This document shows positions 13,663 through 27,934 of a DNA stretch of 64,000 bases, piece after piece. The position numbers and the translations under genes were made by a program. Below the pieces are notes generated by a model. It was not told the origin of the DNA. It searched no databases and saw only the letters and a program-made list of their open reading frames with translations. The DNA is taken from NCBI RefSeq assembly GCF_004010195.1, contig NC_057719.1:94469674-94533673 (forward strand). Reading direction: 5' to 3'. Source of the DNA: Chiloscyllium plagiosum (Eukaryota). Every line of letters starts with the position of its first letter. Position 1 is the first letter of the stretch.

Positions 13663-14024
13663 TCCAAGGGAAACAACATGGATTGGTTGGATCAAAGGGT
13701 CTGTTTCCATGCTGTATGACTCTATGACTATTGAATTAATTAAGTCTTAAGATTATTCTCATCAGGTCAGTTAAACGTAATAGGTATGGTAAGACATTCA
13801 ATCCTGTCAAGTGCGCATTTATTTCCATCTGGGAATTCCAGAATGTTTCTTGTGTCCTGGTTACAAACATATTTAGGAAGTGTAGTCAGCTGGAGCGGCT
13901 TTAACTCTCAGTTTCAGAATTTGAAGGGCAGCTGGTATCACTGCAATGTATTTGCAAGTTTGAGAATTACTTTGGATCTCACATCTCTGAATTTAGTTGT
14001 GCTTTGGCCTAAGCTTTTTGCAGG

Positions 14025-14770
14025 CAATTATGTGATGATGAAATTGAATGCAGAAAAGTGTAAAGTAGCAAGTTTTAGTACGAAGAACAAAATAAAGCAA
14101 CATAAAGGAAGGTTACAATTCTAACAGGGATGCAAGATCAACAGAGGAGGAAGTATAGATGCACAAATCAGTGAAGGTGTTAAGGAGAATTGACAAAGCA
14201 TATAGAATTCTGTACATTATAAATCAAAATTTAGAATACAAAATTGAGGAGCTTGTGATAATCTGCATAAGATATAGGTTTGGCCTCAACAGATGTAATT
14301 TGTCCTGTTCTGGGTACCATAGTTTAGGAAGAATGTGAAGGCATTGGCGAGGAAGGACATAAGATCTACAAGAATGGTTTTCTATATGAAACTTCAGTTA
14401 GGGAGACAGATTGGTGAAGCTGATGCTGTTCCCTTTCAAGAAGAGAACATTGTAATGCTATTAGCTTGAAGAGTTCAAAATTATAAGGTGTCAGGGCAAT
14501 GATGATGAACTGTTCCCATTCATTGACAATAAGACAATATCAATTTAAGTTGAATGGCGAAAGAACCACATTAGGATCTGGAATGCACTGTTCAAGAGAT
14601 TGATGAAGACAGGTTCAATTATGACCTTTAAAAGGGAAGTTGGAATACCTTAAAAAATTATCTGGGAAATTGAGAAATGAGGAGGAGAGAGACCACCTGA
14701 GATTTTGACAAGTGATAGCATGGTCATGAAAGTTCAAGAGATCTCCTTTTGGACTTATAGCCATTCTAGA
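14025..14770 (+). mobile_element. Old CR1 3' fragment
   Basis: Degenerate MKLNAEKCKV...FWVP...RT C-terminal remnant. Confidence 0.65.
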
Positions 14771-14872
14771 GGTCTAAGCATTGGCCGTAGAGTCATAGAG
14801 GTCTACAACATAGAAAGAAGCCATTCAGCTCATTGAGTCAGTACTGATTAAAACAACCATATAACTATTTGA

Positions 14873-15154
14873 GCCTTGGGTGACTGTCTGTGTGGAGTTT
14901 GCACATTCTCCCCATGTCTGCATGGGTTTTCCTCCGGGTGCTCTAGTTTCCTCCCACAATCCAAAGATGTGCACGTTAGGTGAATTGGCTTAGCTAAATT
15001 GCCCATAGTATTCAGGGATATGGAGGTTAGGTGCATGAGTCAGGGGTAAATGTAGGGGAATGGATCTGGATGGGATACTCTTTGGAGGGTCGGTGTGGAC
15101 TTGTTGGGCCGAAGGGCCTGTTTCCACACAGTAGGGATTCTAATTCTAATTCTA
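14873..15154 (+). mobile_element. HE1-like V-SINE, 5'-truncated
   Basis: V-domain tgtgtggagtttgcacattctcccc...ggtttcctcc and CR1-like tail gggccgaagggcctgtttcc plus (ttctaa)n. Confidence 0.85.
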
Positions 15155-16835
15155 TTTGAATCCTATTGTGCCACCTTTGTCTTGTATGCTGAGACATCGC
15201 AAGTGTAAATCTAAATGGTTTTGAAATGTCAGAAGGGTTTTTCCCTCTACCAGCCTTAGAGTCAGTGAGTTGGAGGTTCCCACCACCCTCTGGGTTAAAA
15301 TAAGTTTCTTCATGTGCCCTTTAAACCTCCTATCCCTTACCTTAAAACTATCTCCAGTCATAAAGTCATAGAGGTCTACATCATGGAAACAACTCACCCA
15401 TGCTGCTCAATTTTCACAATTAAACTAGTCCCCTTTCTTGCATTTGGTCCATATCCCTCCATACTTAGCCCATCCATGTACCTGTCTAAATGTTTCTTCA
15501 ATGACGAAATTGTATTTGCTAGCGTTGTAGCCCGGCAGCCTGTTGCAGACACTCACCGCCCTCTGTGTGAAAAAATTGCCCTTCTCGACCCTTTGTACCT
15601 CTTCCCTCCCACCTTTAACTTATACCGTATAGATTTAGACTCCCCTATCATGGGGAAAAGCTGTCAGCTATCTACCTTATCTGCGCCTCTCCTGGTTTTG
15701 TACACCTCTGTAAGGTCACCTGTCAGTCACCTAAGCTCCTGTGAAAAAATGTCCCAGCTTATTCAACCTCTCCTTATAATCAAAATCTTCCAGTCCAGGT
15801 AGCATCCTGGCAAATCTTTCCTGCACTCTTTCTATTTTAATAATATCATTTCTATAGTAGGGCAACCGGAACTGAATGCTGTACTCCAAATGTGGCCCCA
15901 ACAACGTCTTGTACAGCTGTAACAAGACATCCCAACTCCTGTACTCAAGGCTCTGACTGATGAAAGCTAGCATGCTGAAAGCTGCCTTCACCACCCTGTC
16001 TACCTGTGACTGCACTCTAAATGAGCGATGAACCTGTACCCCAAGGTCTCTTTATTCTATAACACTCCCCAGATCCCTACCATTGACTGTGTAAATCCTT
16101 CTCTGTTTTGCCTTATCAAACTGCAAAACCTTGTATTTATCTAAATTAAACTCCATCTGCCATTCCTTAGCCCACTGGCACAGTTGATCAAGATCTCACT
16201 ACATTCCCAGATAACCTTCTTCACTGTTCACTATACCACCAATCCTAGTGTCATCCACAAACTTATTAATTATACCTCCTAAATTCTCATCCAAATCATT
16301 CATATAAATGATGAAGAACTGTTGACCTAACACCGATCCCTATCTGAAAAATAACCCTCTACCACTACTCACTGTCTTCTACCGTCAAGCCAATTTTGTG
16401 TCTAGTAAGCTAGCTCTCCTTGGATTCTGAGAAATTTAACATTACTCAACAACCTATCACATGGTGCCTTGTTAAAAGCCTTGTTTAAGTAAGGTAAAGT
16501 GCTGCTTTTTAGTTAGAGAGAGACAACTGGTGGTGGTTTAACCTCAGGTGAGGTGAGAAGTTGAAAAGTTGGGATCTTCATGATAACCTGAGCAAGTGCA
16601 GGAATTGAATGCATGCTATTGGTGTCATTCGGTATCACAAACAAACCTAAACTGTCCTAGTTCCATTTGCCTGCATTTGGCCCACATCCCTGTAAACATT
16701 TCCTATTCATGTACCTGACCAAATGTATAATTGTACCCACCGCTACTACTACTTCTGGCAATGTTCCATATATGCACCACCCTTTGTGTGAAAAAAGGGC
16801 CCTCTGGTTCCTTTTAAATTTTTCCCCTTTCATGA

Positions 16836-17167
16836 GGGTGGCACAGTGGCTCAGTGGTTAGCTCTACTGCATCACAGCGCCAGGGACCTAGGTTCGATTC
16901 TCACCTTGGGCGACTGTCTGTGGAGTTTGCACATTCTCCCTGTGTCTGCGTGGGTTTCCTCGGCGTGCTCCGGTTTCCTCCCACAGTCCAAAGATGTGCA
17001 GGTCAGGTGAATTGACCATGCTAAATTGTCCCATAGTGTTAGGTGCATTGGTCAGGGGTAAATGTAGGAGAATGGTTCTGGGTGGGTTAATCTTTGGAGG
17101 GTCAGTGTGGACTTGTTGGGCTGAAGGGCCTGTTTCCATACTCTAGAGAATCTAATCCAACCTAATC
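16836..17167 (+). mobile_element. HE1-like V-SINE, full length
   Basis: tRNA head gggtggcacagtggctcagtggttagc with B-box ggttcgattc, then V-domain and CR1-derived tail. Confidence 0.9.
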
Positions 17168-17551
17168 ACCTTAACCATAAGCCCTCTTGTTTTGGACTCC
17201 CCTATCCTGAGGCAAAAGACCTTGGCTATTCACGTTATCCACCCCCCATCATGATTTTATAAAGCTCTGAAAGGTGGCCCCTAAGCTTTCTATGCTTCAG
17301 GGGAAAAAAAGTCCTAGCCTACCCAGCATCTCCTTATTACTCAAACTCTCCAGTCTCGGTAGCATCCTTGTAAATCTTTTTTGCACCCCATCCAGTTTAA
17401 TGATATCCTTCCTCCAGCCGTGTAACCAGCATTGTACTTACTACTTCAAATGTCTTGTACAGCCATGACATCCCAAATCCTGTACCTAATGAGGCAACCA
17501 TGCCAATCGCCGCCTTCACCACCCTGTCTACTTACATTTTTTTTTTACGTT

Positions 17552-17850
17552 ACATTACAGTGTGGAAACAGGCCCTTCAGCCCAACAAGTCCACACCGAC
17601 CCACCGAAGCGTAACCCACCCATACCCCTACATTTACCCCTTACCTAACACTATGGGCAATTTAACATGGCCAATTCACCTGACCTGCACATCTTTGGAC
17701 TGTGGGAGGAAACCGGAGCACCCAGAGGAAACCCACGCAGACACAGGGAGAATGTGCAAACTCCACAGACGGTCGCCCAAGGTGAGAATCGAACCCGGGT
17801 CTCTGGCACTGTGAGGCTGCAGTGCTAACCACTGTGCCACCGTGCCGCCC
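17552..17850 (-). mobile_element. HE1-like V-SINE, full length
   Basis: Reverse complement of the same SINE consensus. Confidence 0.9.
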
Positions 17851-19429
17851 ACTTGTGATGTTACTTTCAAGGAAAAATGAACCTGCACCCCTTGGGATCT
17901 TTGTTCAACACTCCCCAAGGCCCAACCATTAATTGTCTACTATGGTTTGCCTTACCAAAATGCAACACCTCATATTTACTCAAATTAAACTCCAACTGCC
18001 ATTCCTCAACCCACTGGCCCAGATGATCAAGATCCCATTGTACTCTTAGGCAACCTTCTCCACTATCCACTATACCACCAACTTTGGTATCGTCTGCAAA
18101 CTTACTAACTGAACAACAAATAAACATCTTCGACTACCCTCTGTCTCCTAATGTCAAGCCAATTTTGTATCCAATTTGTTAGCTCTCTCTGGATCCCATG
18201 TGATCCAACATTACTAACCAGTCTACCATGTGATACCTTGTCAAAGGCCCTGCTATAGTCCATCTGGATGATGTCTACCGTTCTTCTATCTTCTTGGTCA
18301 CCTCTTCAAACAACTTAATCAAATTTGTGAGACATGATTTCCCATGCACAAAGCCATGCTGACTATTTCTAATCAGTCCTTGCCTTTCCAAATGTATGTA
18401 GATTTTGTCTGTCAGAATCCCCTTCAACAACTCACCCAACATTGATGTGAGGCTCACCAGTCTGCAGTCCCCTGGCTTTTTATTGCAGCCTTTCTTAAAC
18501 AATGGCACCACATAAGCCACTCTCCAGCCTTCCTACACTCATCATGGCTGTTGATGATACAAATATCTCTGCTAGGGGTCCCGCAATTTGTTTATTAGCT
18601 TCTCACAATGTCCCGGGATTCGCTTGATCATGTTCCAGGTACTTAGCTGCCTTTATGCGTTTTAAGACCTCAAGCACTTCCTCTTTGGTAACGTAGTCTT
18701 TTTTCAAGACATCATGGTTTATTTCCCCATGTTCCCTAGCTTCCATGTCTTTGTCCACAGGAAATACTGATTCAAAATATTCATTTAAGATTTCGCCAAT
18801 CTCCTGTTATTATTGATTCCTCCACCAAGGGGGAGAGTTCCTTCCTGTCTACTCTGTCTGAGGTGAAGGCAACAAATGCTCCCTGACAACTACTCAGGAC
18901 AGTCTTCTGTACAGGTCCTTCTTAGTGCTCCATTTGTGCATAGCTTCCAATTTCTACAGCCTGTTCTTCTTGTCCTAGTTGTGTTACATATCCAAAAAAG
19001 GAGTGCACCTCTCGTCCCTTCCATCTAGCAAGAGTTCTTTCCACAGCCTAGTGAACTCTGATCTCCCCTTCAGAATGTAGTGATACTCATTTCAAAATTC
19101 AGAGTTAGCAGAACTCTCAATGTTGTAAAGTAGATGGTGTGTTTTTTCACATTAGAAGAACTCTGCCTCCAGCAAGATGAAGTTAAAAATCACACGACAC
19201 CAGGTTATAGTCCAACAGGTTTAATTGGAAGCGCACTATTCTCATCATTTCTTCACCAAGCAAAGCAGTGTTCATTTTCTTTCATGAATTTTGTGGTGTC
19301 ATTTGGTCTTTGTTTAAAATTAAGAGTAGAAAACCAACCTTTTGGTGGTAGCATTAAAACTGTTTAAAAACTCAGGTTTTCAAAAGCTCAGCTTTGGTAG
19401 AGATTGCATTTGATAACACAAGGGTAAAA

Positions 19430-19645
19430 AGTTGCCATAGGCTGAACAGATCATAGGGCTGATCTCTCATTTGACAGAGGGAGGGCTTGTGGTGGTTTAA
19501 CATGAGGGTCACCACGCCTCAGGCAAGGGGAGAGGTCGAGGAGGGTCCTTCGTGGTAAACTCAGCGGATGCAGGAATTTGAACCCACACTGTCAGCATCA
19601 GTTTACATTGTAAACCAGCTGTCCCGCCAAGGAGCTAATCGAACC
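19430..19645 (-). mobile_element. Second tRNA-derived SINE family (related copies at about 16500-16645 and 45075-45270)
   Basis: On the minus strand: tagctc..ttgg A-box, gggttcaaattcc B-box, shared body cctgaggcgtggtgaccctc...ttaaaccaccac. Confidence 0.6.
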
Positions 19646-20859
19646 CTCCCCTGCTCCTCCATTTAATGTAGTTAGGGAGAGCATGTTCTGAGGTAAAAAA
19701 ATCTGTCAGAACAGTTCTCTTTCTGGACATCTATATAATAAACATCAAAATATCAAACCTGCAAATGCATTGTTTACTTTGGCTTTGATGAATGATCTCC
19801 ATTCCTGAGATAGTTTGTGTTCAGAGTCCCAAGTAGGATTTCAATTTTGCTGTAGGACAAGCATCTGAGATACTTCCATTTAGTTTGTTGTGATAAGAGT
19901 TTAAAAAAAAATAGCTGCACTTCTACGCCCATGTTATAAACTGAATCTCGCTCTTTCCCCAATTGAGTATTTTGATATTATGCAGATTATAAAGATCATG
20001 TTTGTGCAATATTAACAGCCTCACTCTTTGCCTGTACAAGAGTTATTTGGTGTATTTACAACTTTATGCATTCTAAAATTTTGGTTTCTTAATTAAGTTT
20101 AGAAACATCTGTGTTCGATACATTGCTTCTTGCACCAAAAATTATTATGTCTCAAAGTTTGGTGGTCTGTTTTTTCTGAACTACTTTTTCTTCTGAAAAC
20201 CAGGATTACAAACATGTCTAAGGTCAACAAGAGTAGATTATGTCTCTTGAGAGCAGACATCTGTTGTGTGTTACAAGTAGTATAATCCCAGTACTAAACT
20301 TCTTTATTCCCTGGCAATCTTGTACAAGAAATCTGTAATGTTTTGAGTGTGAACTGTTCGAGACATTGAGGAAGAACAGAAGTGAGATGTTGTTGATCGT
20401 GAGAGTTAATATATGCTTGTAGTAAGATATGTGAAATATTGTGAGGGAGCTTTCCGTAGAATTAGAAAATGTTTTGTTGATTTTCACAGTTCACTTTTTT
20501 CTTTGTTACTGTGAGCATTCCCTTGAGCACTATAAATCCTGTGCTATCTGCTAATAAACAAAAACAATTGTGTTACTTTTCCTGCAAATTAAATCTGTTT
20601 GAGATTGATTTCTTCCAATTCATCCCTTTGTGGATGCCATTGATGTGACATTCTGCACATTTGTTTCTCAATACAGTTTTGTCTAGCAAATGAAAGATAT
20701 CAGTTTTCAGTTTTACTTTTAAAGTTTGTATTTTTTTAATGAGATTCTTCTGGCAGTGTAGGGTCTCGCTTGTGGTGGGAAAGTATGGCGTGAGAAAATA
20801 ATGTGTATCTCCTTTCCATTGAAATTCAACAAAGTTACATTCCTTGCAAAATTAGTGGT

Positions 20860-22860
20860 TCTTCACATAAATGTGCATGGTGTTCAGAACTATATAAATG
20901 AATTAAGAGCACAAATCGAGGTTACTGTGTATGATCTTGTAGGCATTATGTTATAAGGAGATTGAAACAGAGAATTATTTATTGAGGGACATGTGCCATT
21001 TGGAAAGTACAGACAAGAGGGGAAGGATGATGGTGTAACTAGTTAGTGTTGTTACGACTCGGAGTAAATCCTCCTGCTTAAATTTAAAACCAGCAACACA
21101 GAAAAGGTTTATTCCATGTAGTAATCTGCAAAGATTTGAGTGGCCAAGGACTGTTTAAAGTAAAAATTAACAACTTTATTTCTTAAAGTATAACAGAGAA
21201 TAATTATCTAACCACTATTTACAATTTCTTCCTCTAACCTATCTTTTATTTTCCCTTCTGTAATACTAGTCCGACAAAACTCCCAGTTAAGATTTACAAA
21301 ACCACCCTTCCTATCTCAAAATCAGGCAGTTTTTGTGCTTCTATTTGATCTTCCTGTGTCTTTTCTACTTCTTAGGAATTTCTGCATCACGGGTTACTGA
21401 TCGAAAAGGTACTTTTTAAGAGTGCTGTTTTTTTCAGGCAAACTGTTCACATGCTGGGCTTGGCAGTTCTCCTCTCAACTGTTCAATTTTCCCTGGTCTT
21501 ATACTCCCAAACCCCGGATAGTGTCATTGGCTTTTAGCATTGTCAATCTACTCAATTCAAATTGGATTGGAGGTTGATATTTTTTAGTTTATAATTTAAA
21601 CTGATTGGCCAAATTCGAATTGGTGTTATTGTCTCATAGCAACTCAGCGAGTGCTGTTTGTTCTGAAATGAAATTAGATTAGATTACAGTGTGGAAACAG
21701 GCCCTTCGGCCCAACAAGTCCACACTGACCCGCCGAAGCGCAACACACCCATACCCCTACATTTACCCCTTACCTAACACTATGGGCAATTTAGCATGGC
21801 CAATTCACCTGACCTGCACATCTTTGGACTGTGCAAGTCCTTCACTCTCTTAAAGGTACATCCACATCTTCATAACAGTATGATAACAGGAAATAATCTT
21901 GTGTCAGATGATGTAGAATTCGTATGGGTGGAGCTAAGACCTACCAAGGGGAAGAAGTCACTGGTGGGAGCAGGTTATAAGACCCCTAATGGTAGCTGTT
22001 CTGTAGATTAGAGAATAAATCCAGAGGGAATGAGGACATGTAAACAAGACAATATATTATTCATGGTCAATGTTAATCTTCCATAGACTGGGAAAATCAA
22101 ATTGGCAAAGGTTTTGTGAATCCAATTAGGGTTGAGGATTTTGGATCTGGTAATTTATAATGAGGCAGCTTTAATAATTGATCTCTGAATAAAAGATCCT
22201 CCAGGAAAGAGTGACCATAATGTGGTGGAATTTAGCATTCTGTTTGAGATTGAGAAATTTGAGTTGGAAACAACAATGTTCAACTTTTAAGGGTCAGTAC
22301 AAAGGAGTCAGTGCAAAGTTGGCTGGTCTGGACTCAGAAAGGATATAAGTGGAAAAGTCAGTTGAAATACAATGGCAGCCATTTAAAAAAATAGTTCATA
22401 ACTCATAACAAATAGGTCATAATTCATAGCAAAGAAACATCCTTGTGAGGAATAAGAATTCTAGGATGGGGAGAAACTGACTATAGCTCATCTAGTTGGC
22501 TGAGGATAGTAACAAATAGAAAGAAATAATGTAATTCGGTAAGAACAGGACAAGTTTTAAAAGCCAACAAAAGATGGCCAAAAAAAGGGAGAATATAAAA
22601 TATGAAAGCAAACTATCAAATAATATAAAAATGGACAGAGCATCTTTAAATGTATAAAAAGAGAGAGAGAGATACTAAAGTGAGCATAGGCATCTTGAAG
22701 TACAAGGCTGGGGAAAGAATAATGAAGAACCATGAAATTATGGAGAATTGAATAAATATTTGTGTCAGTCTTCACAGTAGAGGACATTATTAGCATTCTG
22801 AAAATATTAAATAATCAGGGGGCTTGAGTGGACTGGGGTTTGAGGGAGTGCTGATGGAAG
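20860..22860 (+). mobile_element. Old CR1 ORF2 (endonuclease/linker) remnant, split by a solo LTR and a PLE; resumes at about 25365-25575
   Basis: VEFVWVELR...KGKKSLVG.GYKTPN and PGKSDHNVVEF endonuclease motifs. Confidence 0.7.
21050..21877. mobile_element. Solo LTR containing a truncated HE1 SINE (21674-21832, -)
   Basis: Termini TGTTACG...CATAACA, 4-bp near-TSD gtgt/gtat, and it interrupts an otherwise colinear CR1. Confidence 0.65.
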
Positions 22861-22888
22861 AGGAAATGCACACAAACTACTGCTCGAA

Positions 22889-25364
22889 AAAGTTAAAAGC
22901 CACACAACAGCAGGTTATAGTCCAACAGGTTTATGTGGAAGCACTAGCTTTCAGAGTGCTGCTCCTTCATCAGGTGGTTATAGAGTTAAAGATCATTAGA
23001 CACAGAATATATGGCAAACATTCACAGAATGATGTAACTGAAATTATATATTGAAAAAGACCTGGATTGTTTGTGAACTCTCTCATCTTTTAGAATGACC
23101 ATGTTGGCTTCAGTTCTTTCACATCTAAATCCCAGAACTTTTTTAAAATTCACTTTAGAATGTAACTTTAACAATAAAGTGCTATATCTGCCCAGATAAT
23201 GCATTGAAGATGTAAGGTCTCCTGTGTGAGGCTGTGTCCCAATGTTCAGACTGATTCTATTTCTAAAAAAGGGATTTACAGAATCTACATGGATACTGCC
23301 TTCCGAAGATACATAAAGCCAACACACAAGGATGTCCCATCATATCAGGCAATGTGACCTAGTGTGAGAACTTCTCTGGCTATGCTAAAGTCACCTTGAA
23401 ACACATTGTACAGGGGACCCCCAGCTTCTGTCGTGACACGACAGATTTCTTAGAGACTCCACACCTATGGATCATTTGAACTGGGAACATTGCTGGTCAC
23501 AATGGACGTTTCAGCACTCTACACCAGCATCCCCCACAATGACGGCATCATGGCAACAGCTTCAGTACTCAGTACCAACAACTGCCAATCTTTGAGCTTC
23601 TTCCTCGACCACAACGTTTTGATCTTTGACACTCAGTTCTTTATCCAGACACACAGAACAGCCATGGGGACCAAATTTGCTCCCCAATATGCCAACATTT
23701 TCATGCACAGGTTTGAATAAGACTTCTTCACTACGCAAGACTTTCAACCAACACTATACACCAGTGGCATTGATGGCATTTTCTTCCTCAGGACCCATGG
23801 CAAGGAGTCACTGAAACAATTGCACAGTGATACCAACAAGTTTCATCCCACCATCAAACTCACCATAGACCACTCTCCAGTATCTGTCTCATTCTTGGAT
23901 ACATGCATCTCCATCAAGGATGGGCACCTCAGCACCTCACTCTACCACAAACCCACACATAACCCCATGATGCTACCCATGATGCTACACTTTTTCAGCT
24001 TCCACCGAAACATATTAAAACAGCCATCTCCTACGGACAAGCCCTGTGCATACACAGGATCTGTTCAGACAAGGAGGAACGTGACGGGCACTTGGAAGTA
24101 CTGAAGGATACCCTCATAAGAACGGGGTACGATGCTGAACTCATTGACCGCCAGTTCCAACATGTCACAGCGTGAAACTGTAATGACCTCCTCAGGAGAT
24201 AGACACGAGCTGCAACTGATACGGTACCCTTGGTTGTCCAGTACTTCCTGGGAGCTGAAAAACTACGCCGTGTTCTTCACAGCCTGCAACACATTATCAA
24301 TAAGGAAGAGCACGTCGCCAAGACTTTCCTCACACCTCCACTTCTCACCTTTAAACAACCTTCAAACCTCAAACAGATCATTGTTCTCAGCAAACTGCAG
24401 ACTTTTAGGACAATACCTTGTCACGGTAGACACTGCAAGACATGTCAGTGTGTTGACATGGATACCACCATTACACATGGGGACACCTCCCACCATGTTC
24501 ATGGCAGGTATTCATGTGACTTGGCCAATGTTGTCTATCTTTTACATTGCAGGCAAGGATACCCTGAGATATGATACATTGGTGAGATAGAGTAGAGGCT
24601 ATGGCAATGGATGAATGGACATTGCACAACAATTAACAGACAAGAGTGTTCCCTCCCAATCAGAAAACACTTCTGCGATCCGGGACATTCGACCTTCGGC
24701 TGACCATCCTCTGAGGTGGACTTTGGGACAGGGAACAACACAAAGTGGCCGAGCAGAGGCTGGTAGCCAAGTTCGGTACCCATAGGGAGGGTCTCAACCG
24801 CGACCTCGGGTTCATGTCACATTACAGGTGACCCCATTGCACTATACACACACACACATTTGTGGGGTTAGTTTGTACTTGCAGAATTACATTTTATTTT
24901 GATCAAAAACTGTATGAATCCATGTAAGATTCTGTAAATCCCTTTTTTAGAAATAGAATTAGTCTGAGCATTGAGGCACAGCCAGTCTCACATAGTGAAC
25001 CTCATACCTTCAATGCATTATATTTGGGCCAACATGGCGCCTTTTGATAAATTCACTTGAGAATGTAACTTTAAGAACGTTCTGGGATTTACATATGAAA
25101 GAACTGAAGCCAACATGGTCATTCTAAAAGATGAGAGACTTCACAAACAATCCAGGTCTTTTTCAATATATAATTTCAGTTACATCACACTTTGAACTTT
25201 TGCTATAAATTTTGTATCTTATGATCTTATACTCCATAACCATCTGATGAAGGAGCAGTGTTCTGAAAGCTAATGCTTCCAAATAAACCTGTTGGACTAT
25301 AACCTGATGTTGTGTGATTTTTAACTTTGTATACCCCAGTCCAACACCGACACCTCCAAATCAT
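22889..25364 (+). mobile_element. Penelope-like element (Neptune-like), RT + GIY-YIG, with an inverted 5' copy of its pLTR
   Basis: Degenerate RT (LVTMDVSALYTSIPHNDG; TAMGTKFAPQYANIFM; VSFLD), Cys motif PCHGRHCKTC and endonuclease YSCDLANVVYLLHC..YIGE. 22889-23296 is an inverted copy of about 24915-25330. Hammerhead motifs at 22942-22976 (-) and 25241-25275 (+). Confidence 0.92.
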
Positions 25365-25599
25365 GGATAGAGAAAAATGTATGAAACTATGGGGGCCAAA
25401 GGCTAATATGTCTCCTACATCTGATGGATTGAATCCGAGGACTTTAAAGAAAGACGTAACAGAGATGGTGGATGCATTGGTGCTAATCTTCCAAGAATGT
25501 TAGATTCTGGAAAATCCCAGAGGATTAGAAACTGCCATTGTAACATGCTTATCAGAAAGGAGGTAGACAAAATAGCTTTACCTTATTAAATCTGGCATT

Positions 25600-26710
25600 A
25601 TACCATTTCCTCAATTTCCAGTTTCTTGGTCCCAGCTGTCTCCTCTTCACCATGGGCATTTAAATGCTCTGCACCTTCCTTCCCATCAGGATAGTCTGAG
25701 GGCTCTACAATTCATCCTCGATAGCCGACTTGACCAGTTCCAATGCATTACCACCCTTATTTTTCCAGGCTGAGTTTGCTCTTACAATGAACAATATCTC
25801 TTTTAACTTATCTCACTTTCATCAAGTAAATAGTGTAGCTATGAGTAGTTACATGGGTGTGCCTGTTGTTTTGTGAGACATGTAGGTCATTCCTTCTTCC
25901 AGTCCTACTCGAGGCCCCCTCCCACAACTCTTTTTCTGCTATTTTGATGGCTGCATCAGTGCTGCTTCTTGCTCTCAACCAGAATTTCCAGTTTCTAACC
26001 TCACCCTTACTGGGTCCACCTCTGACTCTTCCCTTGTATGTTTTTACTTTTAATTTCCATTTCTGGGGATAGGCAGTCTTAGATCTGGCAAACCTACTGA
26101 TTCTCACAATTACCTTGACTACACTTCCTTCCTATAAGGACTCTATTCTATTCTCCACGTCACATCTGTTCTGATGATATGCCTTCCTTTTCCTCAATTG
26201 ATGACCACTGTAGCTGACAGTGTCTTCAACCATGGCAGACTCTTTCTCAATCTTCTGCCTTTATTCTCCCTCCCAGAACAGTGATTGGATTCCCCTTGTC
26301 CTCACTTTCTACTCCATAAGCCTCCACATTCAAATAATTATCTTCCTCCATTTCTGCACCTCTAGCAGGATGCCACCTTCTTCAAACACATGTTCACCTT
26401 CTCTCCCACATTTTGTCAGCATTCTGTAGAAACTATTCCTTGTGCATCACCTTGGTCCATTCCTCCCTCACACTACCACTTCACTCCACTATGTCACCTT
26501 CCTATGGAATCACAGAAGGTGTAACACTTGCCATTTTGTAGCTTCCCTCCTAACTATCCAAGACTCCGCAAACACCCAACAAAACAAAAGGACTGCAGAT
26601 GTTGGACATCTGAAATGAAAGTAGACATTGCTGGAGAAACTCAACAGGTTTGACAACATCTGTTGAGAGAAATCAGAGTGAATGTTTCACGTCCAGTGAC
26701 CCTTCTTCTG
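25600..26710 (+). mobile_element. Highly degenerate PLE RT/EN remnant with inverted tail
   Basis: Remnants of ELVLT.NN.SF, IPLVLTFY and tail motifs. Confidence 0.55.
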
Positions 26711-27106
26711 TATATAAATATATTAAGATGAGGGTTGATAAAATGACTATTCAAGCGATCTGAAGCATTTGCACCATTTGGGAGATTTGTAACAACTCAC
26801 TGGGGTAACGCACAAGAAAGCAAGCCCTGCTGTTCCTGGAGATGTAACAAAAATTAAAGTTTTTAAAAGAAATACACACTATCCCCAAGCAACCAAGATT
26901 TTCAGATTTAAGTTGATGGAAAGCTTGGAATGAGATTTTACTACAGGCCATTGGATTCTAGCTGCAGTTAAAAATTAAATGAAATTAAATAAGTTTGCAA
27001 ATTAAAACTCTCAAACTCTCTGAAACTCCCCCTTGCAAATACACAGAAAGACGAACTTAAACAGGGAGAAAGAAACTGGGCAGAGATAAAATGAGGAAAA
27101 CAGTTT

Positions 27107-27482
27107 ATATAGAGTCATACAGCACGGTACAGACTATTTGGTCCAACTCGTCCATGCCAATCAAGTTTCCCCAAACTAAACTAGTCCCATTTGTCTGCAT
27201 TTGGCCCATATCCCTCGAAACCTTTCCTGTTCATATACCTGTCTAGATGCCTTAAAATATTATAACTGTACCTGCATCGACCACTTCCTCTGGCAGTTCG
27301 CTCCACATACAAACCACCCTTTGTGTGAAACCGTTGTCCCTTAGCCCCCTTTTAAATCTTAAAAATATGCCCTCTGGTTTTAAGCTCCTCTACCCTAGGG
27401 AAAAAGACCTTTGCTATTGACTTTATCTATGCCCCTCATGTTTTATAAACCTCTAAAAGGTCACCCCTCCATCTCCACATTT
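27107..27482 (-). mobile_element. CR1 LINE short 3' end
   Basis: atagagtcatacagcac tail and 3' UTR, similar to 3127-3290 and 61724-62075. Confidence 0.8.
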
Positions 27483-27934
27483 CACTCAATACACAGTAAG
27501 TGTCAGCTGAACTCCCGACTGGATTAGTACATTCCAAGTCATTGACAGTAGTCCAAAACTATTTATACTTAACCTGTGAAGTTTAAACAAATAGCATTAC
27601 AGTTGTCAGTTTGCTGTCACAAGCTATGTGACTGAATATAGATACTTAAATTTCCACTTTCATACCATCCTGCTCAGTACATTGGTCCACGAGCGATTTT
27701 CAATTCTTGATCATTTTCTCCTAAGTTGCTGGTCATTAGTAATTGCTCTCAACTCTGTCATTGCTCATTCCAAATAAACTTTGCTCACATGAAGAACCTT
27801 AGCCTATGGTCAGCACCAATCATACAAACATATGAATGGGATGGAGCGTGGAGAAGCTTATGTTGGTTTGGGCAAGCAGACAAGCTTTCTTTGGACATGT
27901 GCTCCAACTATACACACACTGACACACACACACA

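Larger units (their letters stand above)
15360..18805 (-). mobile_element. Stack of CR1 LINE RT fragments (about 15360-16490 and 16650-18805) interrupted by SINEs
   Basis: Minus-strand ORFs SKFADDTKVGG, QHGFVHGKSCLTNL and PHLEYSIQF. Confidence 0.85.

Noticed and set aside
16836..16905. tRNA-like sequences at the SINE heads (also 17780-17850, 41182, 42161)
   Set aside because: They are SINE Pol III heads continuous with the V-domain, not tRNA genes.
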